Shown piece by piece: positions 11,214-20,946 of a DNA stretch of 64,000 nt (position 1 is the stretch's first letter; the number at the start of each line of letters is the position of its first letter). A model generated the notes under the pieces. It did not search any database, was not told the DNA's origin, and saw nothing but the letters and a program-made list of their open reading frames with translations. The stretch comes from Isoptericola halotolerans. Lineage in GTDB: Bacteria > Actinomycetota > Actinomycetes > Actinomycetales > Cellulomonadaceae. The stretch covers positions 1,178,001 through 1,242,000 of the forward strand of contig NZ_JABEZU010000001.1 of assembly GCF_013149785.1 (NCBI RefSeq). Reading direction: 5' to 3'. Position numbers and translations under genes: made by a program.

Positions 11214-11726
11214 TCAGCGCTGGTCGTCGAGCAGCGTCATCAGGTGGGGCAGGGAGGCGGCGAAGGCCGGGTGCAGGTCGAGCCCGGCCACGTCGTCGAC
11301 CGGTACCCAGCGCACCTCGATGCTCTCCGGGTCGGTGGCGGACACGTGCGTACGCCGACCCTCGAGAGTCTCGGCGAGCACCGTCGTGTAGGTCCACACG
11401 CCGTGGTCCAGCACGTGCTCCGCGACGACCCGGACGGAGGCCGGGTCGACGCCGGCCTCCTCGGCGGCCTCGCGCAGCGCCCCCTGCGTCGGGGTCTCTC
11501 CCGGCGCGACGGCGCCGCCGGGGATGCCCCACGTGCCGCCGTGGTGGGACCACGTGGCCCGGTGCTGCAGCACGACCTCGGTCACCCTGCCGGGTCTGCC
11601 ACCCGGGGCGGGCGGGGCCCGGCGGACCAGGAACAGACCGGCCGCCCCGTGCAGCCCCCAGTGCTGGTGGTCTCCGCACTGCACCCAGCCGTCACCGGGG
11701 TGCCGGTGATGCAGGGTGCCGGACAT
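11214..11726 (-). CDS. NUDIX hydrolase
   Basis: HWGLHGAAG; WGIPGG..GETPTQGALREAAEEAG Nudix box. Confidence 0.88.
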   Translation of the reverse strand: MSGTLHHRHPGDGWVQCGDHQHWGLHGAAGLFLVRRAPPAPGGRPGRVTEVVLQHRATWSHHGGTWGIPGGAVAPGETPTQGALREAAEEAGVDPASVRVVAEHVLDHGVWTYTTVLAETLEGRRTHVSATDPESIEVRWVPVDDVAGLDLHPAFAASLPHLMTLLDDQR

Positions 11727-11731
11727 GTCGA

Positions 11732-13528
11732 TCAGGCGATCTCGCAGATGGCGGTGCCGGCGGAGACGCCGGCTCCGGCCACGAGCGCCAGGCCCTTGAT
11801 CGTCCCGGCCCGATGAGCGGTGATCGGCTGTTCCATCTTCATCGCCTCGAGCACGACGACCAGGTCGCCCTCGGCCACCTCGTCGCCCTCGGCGACCGCG
11901 ACCTTGACGATGGTGCCCTGCATCGGGGAGGCCAGGGTGGTGCCACCCGCGCCGGTCCCGGTGCCGCGGGCGGCGCGGCGCACGGCGCGGCGTGCAGGTC
12001 GTGCGGAGCCGGCGGCCCGGCCCATGCCCAGCCCGGCGGGCAGGACGACCTCGAGGCGCCGCCCGCCGACCTCGACCACCACGCGCTCCGGCGGTTCCTC
12101 CGGCCCTTCGGCGAGGTCGGGGACGGGCGGGTGGCTCGGTCCGAGACCGGCGACCGTCTCGGCGAAGGTCGTCTCGATCCATCGCGTGTGCACGGCGAAG
12201 TCGGCGGCGGAGGCGTCCTCGCCCGCGACCGGCACGAAGTCGGGGGACTCGAGCACGGCACGGTGGAACGGCACCACGGTGGGGATGCCGGACACCTCGA
12301 GCTCGCGCAGCGCGCGCCGTGCCCGCTGCACGGCCTGGGTGCGGGTGGCCCCGGTGACGACGAGCTTGGCGATCATCGAGTCGAACAGCCCGGAGACGGT
12401 GTCGCCCTCGACCACACCGGTGTCGACGCGCACGCCCGGCCCGGAGGGCCAGCGCAGCGTCGAGATGGTGCCCGGCGCCGGCAGGAACCCGGCGGCGGGG
12501 TCCTCGCCGTTGATCCGGAACTCGAGGGAATGACCCCGGGGGGACGTCGTGGAGTAGCCGAGCTCCTCGCCGGAGGCGATGCGCAGCTGCTCGCGGACGA
12601 GGTCGATCCCCGTGACCTCCTCGGTGACGGGGTGCTCCACCTGCAGGCGGGTGTTGACCTCCAGGAAGGACAGCGTGCCGTCGGTGCCGACGAGGAACTC
12701 GCAGGTCCCGGCACCGACGTAGCCGGCCTCGCGCAGGATCGCCTTCGAGGCGCGGTCCAGCTCGGCCTCCTGCTCGGCGCTGAGGAACGGGGCGGGAGCC
12801 TCCTCCACCAGCTTCTGGTGGCGACGCTGCAGCGAGCAGTCGCGGGTGGAGACCACGACGACGTTGCCGTGCGTGTCCGCCAGGCACTGCGTCTCGACGT
12901 GCCGGGGCTTGTCGAGATAGCGCTCCACGAAGCACTCGCCACGGCCGAACGCTGCCACCGCCTCGCGCACCGCCGAGTCGTACAGCTCGTCGATCTCCTC
13001 GTGGGTGCGGGCGACCTTCAGGCCGCGCCCGCCACCGCCGAACGCTGCCTTGATGGCGATCGGCAGCCCGTGCTCCGCGGCGAAGTCCCGGACCTCGGAG
13101 GAGTCCGAGACCGGGTCCTTGGTGCCGGGCACCAGGGGTGCACCCGCCCGCTGGGCGATGTGGCGGGCGCTGACCTTGTCACCGAGGGACTCGATCGCGG
13201 ACGGCGGCGGGCCGATCCAGACCAGGCCCGCGTCGATGACCGCCTGGGCGAAGCCGGCGTTCTCCGAGAGGAACCCGTAGCCGGGGTGGACGGCGTCGGC
13301 ACCGGACCGGCGGGCGACGTCGAGCAGCTTGTCGACGTCCAGGTAGGTGTCCGCGGCCCGGGTGCCGTCGAGGGCGAACGCCTCGTCGGCGAGCTGGACG
13401 TGCAGGGCCTGCCGGTCGGGGTCGGCGTACACCGCGACGGAGGTGATGCCTGCGTCGGCGCAGGCGCGGGCGATGCGGACAGCGATCTCACCGCGGTTGG
13501 CGACGAGGACCTTCGTGATGGTGGGCAC
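11732..13528 (-). CDS. Acetyl/propionyl-CoA carboxylase alpha subunit (biotin carboxylase + BCCP)
   Basis: [41 protein letters not shown], biotinyl EAMKM. Confidence 0.95.
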   Translation of the reverse strand: MPTITKVLVANRGEIAVRIARACADAGITSVAVYADPDRQALHVQLADEAFALDGTRAADTYLDVDKLLDVARRSGADAVHPGYGFLSENAGFAQAVIDAGLVWIGPPPSAIESLGDKVSARHIAQRAGAPLVPGTKDPVSDSSEVRDFAAEHGLPIAIKAAFGGGGRGLKVARTHEEIDELYDSAVREAVAAFGRGECFVERYLDKPRHVETQCLADTHGNVVVVSTRDCSLQRRHQKLVEEAPAPFLSAEQEAELDRASKAILREAGYVGAGTCEFLVGTDGTLSFLEVNTRLQVEHPVTEEVTGIDLVREQLRIASGEELGYSTTSPRGHSLEFRINGEDPAAGFLPAPGTISTLRWPSGPGVRVDTGVVEGDTVSGLFDSMIAKLVVTGATRTQAVQRARRALRELEVSGIPTVVPFHRAVLESPDFVPVAGEDASAADFAVHTRWIETTFAETVAGLGPSHPPVPDLAEGPEEPPERVVVEVGGRRLEVVLPAGLGMGRAAGSARPARRAVRRAARGTGTGAGGTTLASPMQGTIVKVAVAEGDEVAEGDLVVVLEAMKMEQPITAHRAGTIKGLALVAGAGVSAGTAICEIA

Positions 13529-13687
13529 GGCTCACGGTAACGCGCCGGGCGCCCTGCTCCACCACTCCGTACGGCCCGGGTCGGGAAGTCTGTGCCGGGT
13601 GCCAACAGGGGTCGGAGCCGTTTGTGCACTTCCCACATGGCCAGGGGGGTGATCGGCGACCTGGCAGCCGATGGGTTGGCGGTTTCG

Positions 13688-14332
13688 TCAGCCTCGGACC
13701 TGCGGGGCGCGCAGATCGCGGAACGGGACACCGATCTCGGCGAGGAGCTCCCGCACCAACGGCAGGCTCACGCCGACGACCCCGTGGTGGTCACCCTCGA
13801 TCCGCTCGACGTACGGCCCGCCGATCCCGTCGATCGTGAAGGCGCCGGCCACCTGCAAGGGTTCGCCGGTGGCCACGTAGGCGTCGATCTCGGCGTCGTC
13901 GAGGTCGGCGAAGTGGACCGTGGTCGAGGAGGTCGCCCCCAGCGTGGCCGCGGTGCCGCCGTCGTCGGGGTCCCTCAGGTCGATCACCCAGTGCCCGCTG
14001 TGCAGGACGCCCGAGCGGCCGCGCAGGCGGCGCCAGCGCTCGCGCGCGACGTCGGCCGTGCCCGGCTTGCCGACGACCTCGCCGTCGATCTCGAGCATCG
14101 AGTCGCAGCCGAGCACCAGCGCGCCGGCCGTGTGCGTGGCGACCTCCTCGGCCTTGGCCTGCGCGAGGACCAGGACGGCATCGACCGGGCTGAGGTCGGC
14201 GAAGCGTTCGCGCGCACCGGCCAGGACGGCGTCCTCGTCGACCCGCGAGACGACGACCTCCGGCTCGACCCCGGCGGAACGCAGGGTGGCGAGACGGGCG
14301 GGGGACTTCGAGGCGAGGACCAGGCGAGGCAC
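13688..14332 (-). CDS. maf: Maf-family nucleoside triphosphate pyrophosphatase
   Basis: LVLASKSPAR, GCDS, GKP, GEPLQVAGAF. Confidence 0.92.
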   Translation of the reverse strand: MPRLVLASKSPARLATLRSAGVEPEVVVSRVDEDAVLAGARERFADLSPVDAVLVLAQAKAEEVATHTAGALVLGCDSMLEIDGEVVGKPGTADVARERWRRLRGRSGVLHSGHWVIDLRDPDDGGTAATLGATSSTTVHFADLDDAEIDAYVATGEPLQVAGAFTIDGIGGPYVERIEGDHHGVVGVSLPLVRELLAEIGVPFRDLRAPQVRG

Positions 14333-14484
14333 GTCAGGGAGCCTAGCCGACAGGTCCCAGGGGCTCCCGAACCGTTTCACCACCTGCCCCCTCTCTGTCG
14401 ACGAATATAACGTTCAACCCGCGCGGACCTGGTCCGCGGACGTAGACCCGGCAGTGCCGCTGAGGACCACCACGGAGGAGCACC

Positions 14485-15750
14485 ATGCGACGACCGAACC
14501 CGACCCGAGGCCGACGGACGCTGCTGTCGTCGGCCGCGGCCGCGCTGCTCGTCCTGGGAGGGCTGTCCGCACCCGTCGCGTCGGCAGCGCCCGGCGCATC
14601 GGTACCGACCGGCGCATCGGTACCGACCGGTGTCGCCACCCAGGCGACCACGGACGGCTGCGGTCAGCCTGCGGGCCTGTCCACGGGCAACCACACCATC
14701 ACCAGCGGTGGGCAGGCCCGGTCGTTCCGCCTCGACGTGCCGGGCGGGTACGACCCGAACCAGCCGTACCGCCTCGTGGTGGGACTGCACTGGTGGCACG
14801 GCACCTCGGCGGACGTGGAGAACCAGGGCTACTACGGCCTCGAGCCGCTGTCGGGCGACAGCACCGTGTTCGTCGCGCCGCAGGGCATCGACAACGCGTG
14901 GCCCAACTCGGGCGGCCGGGACGTCGCGTTCATCGACGACGTGCTGAGCACCGTCGGGTCGGCGCTGTGCATCGACACCTCTCAGCGGTTCGCGACCGGC
15001 TTCAGCTACGGCGGGGGCATGAGCAACGCGCTGGCGTGCGCGCGCGCCGACGTGTTCCGTGCGGTGGCGGTGCTCAACGGTGCCCAGCTGTCCGGGTGCG
15101 ACGGTGGGTCCGAGCCGATCGCCTACCTGGGCTCGCACGGAGTCGTCGACGACGTGCTCAACATCTCCCAGGGACGGCAGCTGCGGGACCGCGTCCTGCA
15201 GACCAACGGGTGCCAGGCGCAGAACGCGCCCGAGCCGGCTCCTGGCAGTGGTACCCACCTCAAGACGGCCTACTCGTGCGACGACGCCTACCCGGTGGTG
15301 TGGATCGCCTCGGACAGCGGGCACGTGTGGGACCCGCGCGACCAGGGTCAGAACCAGTCCTGGGTCCCGGGCGAGATCTGGGAGTTCTTCACCGCCCTGG
15401 CGTCCGAGACGCCGGACCCGGACCCCACGCCGGACCCGGACCCCACGGACCCGACGCCGGGCGAGGACTGCACGGCGACCTACACCACCGTGAACTCGTG
15501 GTCGGGCGGCTTCCAGGGTGAGGTCACGGTCCGAGCCGGCTCGCCGACGTCGTCCTGGACCGTCACCTGGGACCAGGCCGGCGGGAGCATCGACCAGGTG
15601 TGGAACGGTGAGGTCGCCACGCAGGGAGGGACCGTCGTCGTCCGCAACGCGTCCTGGAACGGCCAGCTTCCGGCCGGCGGCACGGCGACGTTCGGGTTCC
15701 TCGCCAGCGGTCAGCCGACGACGCCGGACCTGACCTGCTCGAGCACCTGA
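14485..15750 (+). CDS. Secreted carbohydrate esterase (feruloyl/acetylxylan esterase-like) with C-terminal CBM2
   Basis: Signal-like N-terminus, GFSYGG nucleophile motif, PDP/T linker, CBM2 NSWSGGFQGEV..WN..WNG; GGAG RBS. Confidence 0.82.
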   Translation: MRRPNPTRGRRTLLSSAAAALLVLGGLSAPVASAAPGASVPTGASVPTGVATQATTDGCGQPAGLSTGNHTITSGGQARSFRLDVPGGYDPNQPYRLVVGLHWWHGTSADVENQGYYGLEPLSGDSTVFVAPQGIDNAWPNSGGRDVAFIDDVLSTVGSALCIDTSQRFATGFSYGGGMSNALACARADVFRAVAVLNGAQLSGCDGGSEPIAYLGSHGVVDDVLNISQGRQLRDRVLQTNGCQAQNAPEPAPGSGTHLKTAYSCDDAYPVVWIASDSGHVWDPRDQGQNQSWVPGEIWEFFTALASETPDPDPTPDPDPTDPTPGEDCTATYTTVNSWSGGFQGEVTVRAGSPTSSWTVTWDQAGGSIDQVWNGEVATQGGTVVVRNASWNGQLPAGGTATFGFLASGQPTTPDLTCSST

Positions 15751-15768
15751 CCGCGGCGCGCCGCGGGC

Positions 15769-16401
15769 TCAGTAGCCCATGTACCGGCCGGGCCGGTGGT
15801 TCAGTGCCAGCACGAGGTTCAGCAGCGCGGCTCCGACGGCGGAGACGAGCACCACGAACGGCTCGACGACGATGAGGGCGAGCAGCACGACGGCCGTGTC
15901 CAGCGCCATCTGGACGTAGCCGGCACGCCAGCCGAGCCGCTCCTGGGCCAGGAGCGCGACGATGTTGAACCCGCCGATGCTCGAGCGGTGCCGGAACACG
16001 ATGAGCAGCCCGACGCCGGCCAGCACGTTGCCGCCGAGCACGCCGTACAGGGTCGGGACGTCCACGACGCCGAACATCGCGGACTGCAGGGCGCTGAACG
16101 ACGAGACCAGGGCGATCGAGAGGCCGGTGCGCAGGGTGAAGTCCCATCCCTTCTTCCAGATCGCCAGGAGGAAGAACGGTGCGTTGACCAGGGCGAAGAG
16201 CCACCCGAACGGGACGTCGACGGCGTAGCTGATCAGCAGCGCGAGGCCCGCGGTGCCGCCGGTGACGGCTTGCACGGACTGCAGCAGGTACAGGCCCAGC
16301 GACACCACGAACGTCCCGGTGAGCAGGCCGAGGGCGTCCTCCAGGAGGCTGTGCCTGACGTCCTCCGGCTTGAGGTCGGACTGGCGGGGTGCGCTGCTCA
16401 T
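15769..16401 (-). CDS. YitT-family membrane protein
   Basis: HSLLED, TGGTAGLA, NAPF, SSIGG; hydrophobic. Confidence 0.82.
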   Translation of the reverse strand: MSSAPRQSDLKPEDVRHSLLEDALGLLTGTFVVSLGLYLLQSVQAVTGGTAGLALLISYAVDVPFGWLFALVNAPFFLLAIWKKGWDFTLRTGLSIALVSSFSALQSAMFGVVDVPTLYGVLGGNVLAGVGLLIVFRHRSSIGGFNIVALLAQERLGWRAGYVQMALDTAVVLLALIVVEPFVVLVSAVGAALLNLVLALNHRPGRYMGY

Positions 16402-16488
16402 CGGGTCCTCCGGGGTCGGGGTAGGCGGCGCCGTCGTCCGGGGGTGTGGTGCGACGGCGTGCTCATGTTCACACGTCGGCGGGGGTGA

Positions 16489-17412
16489 CTACGTCAAGAG
16501 CGCGGCGGCCACGAGCAGCACGACGGGCGAGGCGAGAGTGGTCACCAGGATCGTGTCCCGGGCCAGCACCTCGCCGCGGCGGAAGCGCGCGGCGTAGTTG
16601 TAGATGTTCTGCGCGGTGGGCAGCGCAGCGAGGGTCACCGCGGAGACCACCGTGGCGTCGTCGAGCCCGAACCCGAAGCGGGCCACGACGAACGCCACGG
16701 CCGGCATCAGCACCGCCTTGAGCACGGCGGCCACGACGACGGGGGCGCGGCCCTCGCGACCGCGCAGCGGTCTCGACCCGTGCAGCGACATGCCGAACGC
16801 GAGCAGGATCATCGGGATCGCGGCGCCACCCAGGATCTCCAGCGGCGCCAGGACGACGTCGGGCACCGTCACGCCCGTCAGGGAGACCGCGGCACCGGCC
16901 AGCGCGCCGAGGATGATCGGGTTGCGGACCGGCTGACTGAGCACGAACCGCAGCGAGACCCTCTTCTCCGAGGTCGTGGAGTCGAGCAGGAGCAGCACCA
17001 GCGGGGAGATGACGAGCAGCTGCAGCCCGATGACGGGGACCACGGCGGTGGCGTCGCCCAGCACGTAGACCGCCACCGGCAGGCCGATGTTGCCCGCGTT
17101 GACGTAGCCGGCACCCAGCGCCCCGATCGTGGCCTCGGGAGCTCGCAGCCGGAACCACAGCAGGTTCACCACGACGAAGCAGACGGCGGCGCTCGCGGCG
17201 GCGATCGCCTGCACCAGCAGGGGGGCGCCCAGCAGCTCACCGAGGTCGGCGTCGGCGACCACGGTGAACAGCAGGGCGGGACTGGCGACGAAGAAGCCGA
17301 CCCGGTTGAGCGTCTCGCGGGCGTCGGGCCCGCCGATGCGCAGGCGTGACGCGACGTACCCGGCGGCGATGACGACGCCGATGATCGCGAAGCCGGTGAG
17401 GATCCCCTGCAC
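16489..17412 (-). CDS. AEC (auxin efflux carrier) family transporter
   Basis: PALLF, YVNAGNIGLP, NPII, LPTAQN. Confidence 0.85.
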   Translation of the reverse strand: MQGILTGFAIIGVVIAAGYVASRLRIGGPDARETLNRVGFFVASPALLFTVVADADLGELLGAPLLVQAIAAASAAVCFVVVNLLWFRLRAPEATIGALGAGYVNAGNIGLPVAVYVLGDATAVVPVIGLQLLVISPLVLLLLDSTTSEKRVSLRFVLSQPVRNPIILGALAGAAVSLTGVTVPDVVLAPLEILGGAAIPMILLAFGMSLHGSRPLRGREGRAPVVVAAVLKAVLMPAVAFVVARFGFGLDDATVVSAVTLAALPTAQNIYNYAARFRRGEVLARDTILVTTLASPVVLLVAAALLT

Positions 17413-17413
17413 G

Positions 17414-19138
17414 TCAGGCGAGCGCGTCGCGCAGCACGTCGAGCCCCACCGAGCCGAGGCCGAGCGCACGGGCGTGGAACGCCCGCAGGTCGAGCTCCTC
17501 GCCGCGGGCCACGGCGGCGGAGCGGGCGTCGTCGCGTGCCTGCTCCCACAGCCGCTGACCGACCTTGTACGACGGCGCCTGGCCCGGCCAGCCGAGGTAG
17601 CGGTCCAGCTCGAACCGCAGGAAGGCCTCGTCCATGTTGGCGTTCGACCGCAGGAACTCCCAGGCCTTCTCGGCGTCCCACGTGCCGCCGCCCCACTCGG
17701 TGGGGCAGTCCTTGCCGAGATGGACCCCGAGGTCGAGGACGACGCGCGCGGCGCGCAGACGTTGTGCGTCGAGCATGCCGAACCGGTCGCCGGGGTCGTC
17801 GAGGTGGCCGAGATCGGCCATGAGACGTTCGGCGTACAGCGCCCAGCCCTCGCCGTGGCCCGAGACCCAGCAGGCGAGGCGTCGCCAGGAGTTGAGCGTG
17901 TCACGGGCGGCGACCGCGGCTGCGCACTGCAGGTGGTGGCCCGGGACCCCCTCGTGGTAGACGGTGGTGGTCTCCCGCCAGGTGGTGAACTCGGTCACCC
18001 CGGCGGGCACCGACCACCACATCCGGCCGGGGCGCGAGAAGTCGTCGCTGGGCGGGGTGTAGTAGATCCCGCCGGTCTGCGACGGGGCGATCATGCACTC
18101 GATGGTGCGCACCGGGCCGTCGATGTCGAAGTGGGTGCCGGCCAGGTCGTCGACCGCGGCGTCGGCGGTGCGCTGCATCCACGAGCGCAGCGCGTCGGTG
18201 CCGTGCAGGATGCGCGCCGGGTCGCCGTCGAGCGCCGCGACGGCGTCGGCCACCGTGGCCTGCGGGCCGGCGATCTCCCGGGCCACCTCCTCCTGCTCCG
18301 CGACGATGCGGGCGAGCTCGGCCAGGCCCCATGCGTAGGTCTCGTCGAGGTCCACGGTGGCGCCGAGGAACTGCCGGGAGTACCGCGCGTAGGCTTCCCG
18401 GCCGCAGGCGTCCTCCTGCGGGGCGAGGGGTGCGAGCTCGGTCTCGAGGAAGTCGGCGAGCCCGGCGTAGGCGTCGCGGGCAGCGGCAGCGCCGCGCTCC
18501 AGCTCGGCGCGGACCAGGGAGCACGCGGACGACTCGTCGAGCACGCGGGCGGCCTGCTCCCCGGTCGCGAGTGCGGTGAACGTCGACCCGTCCCCGGCCA
18601 GGTCGCGCGCCTGCTCGACGGCGGCGCGCACCTGGCGGATCGCGGCGACGCGTCCGCGTCCGGCGCTCCAGGTGAGGGACTCGCGGTAGCCGGCGAGGGT
18701 CTGCGGCACGGCGTTCAGCCGCGCGGCGATGTTCTCCCAGGCCTCGACGGTGCCGGAGGGCATGACGTCGGTCAGGTCCCGCAGCTGTTGCACCGGGGAC
18801 TCGATGTTGTTGAGGCTGGCCTGCGGGTCGCCCGCCTCGTGCTGCTCGACAGCCAGGCCCACCCGCTCGCGCATCGCAGCCAGGGTGACCCGGTCGACGT
18901 CGTCCACGGGAGCCTGTCCGGTGGCCTCCAGCTCGTCGAGACGGCGCAGCAGCGCCCGGTCGAGGTCGGCGCGGGCGTCGTGACCGGCGGGGGAGAGGTC
19001 GGGCAGCCGGTGGTCGTGCCCGGGCAGCCCCATCATCGTTGCGTCGATCGGCTGGAGGGCCGCGGCGTCGCGGACGTAGGCGTCGGCGACGTCGTCGAGC
19101 GGGGTGCTGGGGCGGTCGGCAGGCGTGTCGTGGCTCAC
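17414..19138 (-). CDS. DUF885 family protein (putative metallopeptidase)
   Basis: YHEGVPGHHLQ, EGWALYAE, PGQAPSYKVG. Confidence 0.88.
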   Translation of the reverse strand: MSHDTPADRPSTPLDDVADAYVRDAAALQPIDATMMGLPGHDHRLPDLSPAGHDARADLDRALLRRLDELEATGQAPVDDVDRVTLAAMRERVGLAVEQHEAGDPQASLNNIESPVQQLRDLTDVMPSGTVEAWENIAARLNAVPQTLAGYRESLTWSAGRGRVAAIRQVRAAVEQARDLAGDGSTFTALATGEQAARVLDESSACSLVRAELERGAAAARDAYAGLADFLETELAPLAPQEDACGREAYARYSRQFLGATVDLDETYAWGLAELARIVAEQEEVAREIAGPQATVADAVAALDGDPARILHGTDALRSWMQRTADAAVDDLAGTHFDIDGPVRTIECMIAPSQTGGIYYTPPSDDFSRPGRMWWSVPAGVTEFTTWRETTTVYHEGVPGHHLQCAAAVAARDTLNSWRRLACWVSGHGEGWALYAERLMADLGHLDDPGDRFGMLDAQRLRAARVVLDLGVHLGKDCPTEWGGGTWDAEKAWEFLRSNANMDEAFLRFELDRYLGWPGQAPSYKVGQRLWEQARDDARSAAVARGEELDLRAFHARALGLGSVGLDVLRDALA

Positions 19139-19164
19139 GGGTGCGAGGCTAACGGGTCCCCACG

Positions 19165-19225
19165 CACGAGCGTCTCTGTCCGTCAGGAATCAACGGCCGA
19201 TTCCTGACGGACAGAGACGCTCGTG
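19165..19225. repeat. Perfect 27-bp inverted repeat with 7-nt loop (REP/MITE-like or terminator)
   Basis: CACGAGCGTCTCTGTCCGTCAGGAATC-aacggcc-GATTCCTGACGGACAGAGACGCTCGTG. Confidence 0.9.
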
Positions 19226-19241
19226 GTGGCGCAGGTTCGGG

Positions 19242-19457
19242 TCAGACCGCTGGCGGCGGGCGGTCGTCGTACCGCTCGACCCGGTGGTGCTGGCGCTGCC
19301 TCGTCTGGACGAGCCCCAGGATCAGTGCCAGGACTCCCGCGGCGATGCAGATGTAGCCGACGACGTTGAGGTTGACGACCTCCCACGTGTCCGGCCCGAT
19401 CGCGAAGGCGAGGATCGCACCCACCACGATGAGGAAGATGCCGCTTCCGATACCCAT
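19242..19457 (-). CDS. Small two-helix membrane protein (DUF6458-like)
   Basis: MGIGSGIFLIVVGAILAFAI..NLNVVGYI; GGAGG RBS. Confidence 0.8.
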   Translation of the reverse strand: MGIGSGIFLIVVGAILAFAIGPDTWEVVNLNVVGYICIAAGVLALILGLVQTRQRQHHRVERYDDRPPPAV

Positions 19458-19587
19458 CAGCGTGCCTCCCGTCCCGGGCGCCGGTGCGCCCGTGTTCCTC
19501 CGAGCATCCCGAGATCGTCCTGTGCACGCACGTTCGACGACGCGCGCGTGAGGCCCGACACCGGTCGGGACGGTCCGTCGAGCGACG

Positions 19588-20145
19588 TCAGGACGCCGAG
19601 CGGCGGACGTCGTCCGCCCAGCCGCGGTGGTACCGGACGATCGCGGTGTCCGACCCCGGCGCCCACCAGACGGCGACCGGGTCGTGGGGACGCGGACCGG
19701 GCGCGTCGCCGTCGGCCACCATGAGGGACCACGCGTCGTCGACCGTCGCGCCGTCCCGCGGGTAGGTGAGCATCCCGTGCAGCATCGTGCCGTCCTTGAG
19801 AACTCGCTGCGAGACGGTGACCGAGCCCGTCGTCGACCGGGCGTCGGCCCGCAGCGCCTCGGCCGCGCGGCGCTCCTGGACCAGCCGCTGGTCGTCGCGG
19901 TACCGCACGAGCGCGGCCACGGCCGTCACCGTCACGGCGGCCACCAGCGCCAGCATCAGCCACATCTCGACCTCGCCGGACGGGTCCGCCACGAGCCGGC
20001 GGGCCACGTACACACCGATCGCCACCAGCAGCGCCGGCAGCCAGAGCCAGCGGCGCAGCCACCCCGGGCGCTCAGGGTCGGGGACGTCCGCCAGCGGCGA
20101 CTCGACCTCCTGCGCCGAGCCGACCTGCTGCCACACCACGCTCAC
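19588..20145 (-). CDS. Hypothetical membrane protein
   Basis: Two hydrophobic helices; GTGA overlap with upstream stop; start inferred. Confidence 0.6.
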   Translation of the reverse strand: MSVVWQQVGSAQEVESPLADVPDPERPGWLRRWLWLPALLVAIGVYVARRLVADPSGEVEMWLMLALVAAVTVTAVAALVRYRDDQRLVQERRAAEALRADARSTTGSVTVSQRVLKDGTMLHGMLTYPRDGATVDDAWSLMVADGDAPGPRPHDPVAVWWAPGSDTAIVRYHRGWADDVRRSAS

Positions 20146-20381
20146 GAGCGCAGGCTCCAACGCCACGCGTCGGCGTTGTGCCGTCCCGCCCGGCCGCCGA
20201 AGCTGCGGGCGGTGGCGGCACCGTTGCCACGCAGCGACCGGGCGTGGTTGGTCCACTCGTCGACCGGTGCGACGTCGTCGGGCTCGTCGCCGGAGGCCGA
20301 GACTGCGGCGAGACCGGCCACGAGCGCAGCCACCTCGACGTCGTCGGGCTCGCCGCGCACCACGCGGAACTGGGCGTTCAC
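20142..20381 (-). CDS. Acyl-CoA carboxylase epsilon subunit
   Basis: RVVRGEPDDVEVAALVA...W..AWRWS; downstream of the beta subunit. Confidence 0.82.
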   Translation of the reverse strand: MNAQFRVVRGEPDDVEVAALVAGLAAVSASGDEPDDVAPVDEWTNHARSLRGNGAATARSFGGRAGRHNADAWRWSLRS

Positions 20382-20926
20382 TCCTCGTCCTCCTCGTCGT
20401 CGGGGTCGTCGCCGAAGCCTGGTGCCAGGCCCCGCGAGGCTGCCCACTCCATCACCTGGTAGCCGCCGTCGACGAGCCGCGCGGCAGCCTGCTCGCCGGC
20501 GTCGTCGAGCACCTCGATGACACCGTCGAGCGTCACCGGGGCGCCGGCCGGCGGGTCCGCCACGACGAAGCCGAGGTAGAACACCTCGGCAGGGACGGTG
20601 CCGGCGGGCAGGTCCACGGCGTCGTCGTCGGTGTGCTCCGCCTCGGGGCCGGGGCCCCAGACCGAGGTCGTCAGGTCGGGGTGCATGCCCAGGGCGTCGT
20701 GCAGCCGGTCGAACACGGTGGCATTGAGCGTGCCGACACGGTTCTCCAGCGCGAGGATGCGCGGGTCGTCGTCGGCCTCCGTCGCTCCGAACTCCGCCCG
20801 GACACCGACCGCCACGTCGACGTACTCGTGCAGGGCGGTCGTCAGGGCATCCACCGCGCGGTGCATCGGCTCGGGGTCCACGTCGCCCAGCGGTGCCGGG
20901 CCGTGGGTGGCGTCCTCGTGACTCAT
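20378..20926 (-). CDS. Acidic hypothetical protein (182 aa)
   Basis: ORF fills the gap between beta and epsilon genes; stop overlaps the epsilon GTG. Confidence 0.7.
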   Translation of the reverse strand: MSHEDATHGPAPLGDVDPEPMHRAVDALTTALHEYVDVAVGVRAEFGATEADDDPRILALENRVGTLNATVFDRLHDALGMHPDLTTSVWGPGPEAEHTDDDAVDLPAGTVPAEVFYLGFVVADPPAGAPVTLDGVIEVLDDAGEQAAARLVDGGYQVMEWAASRGLAPGFGDDPDDEEDEE

Positions 20927-20946
20927 CGCTCGATCTTCTCAGACGA

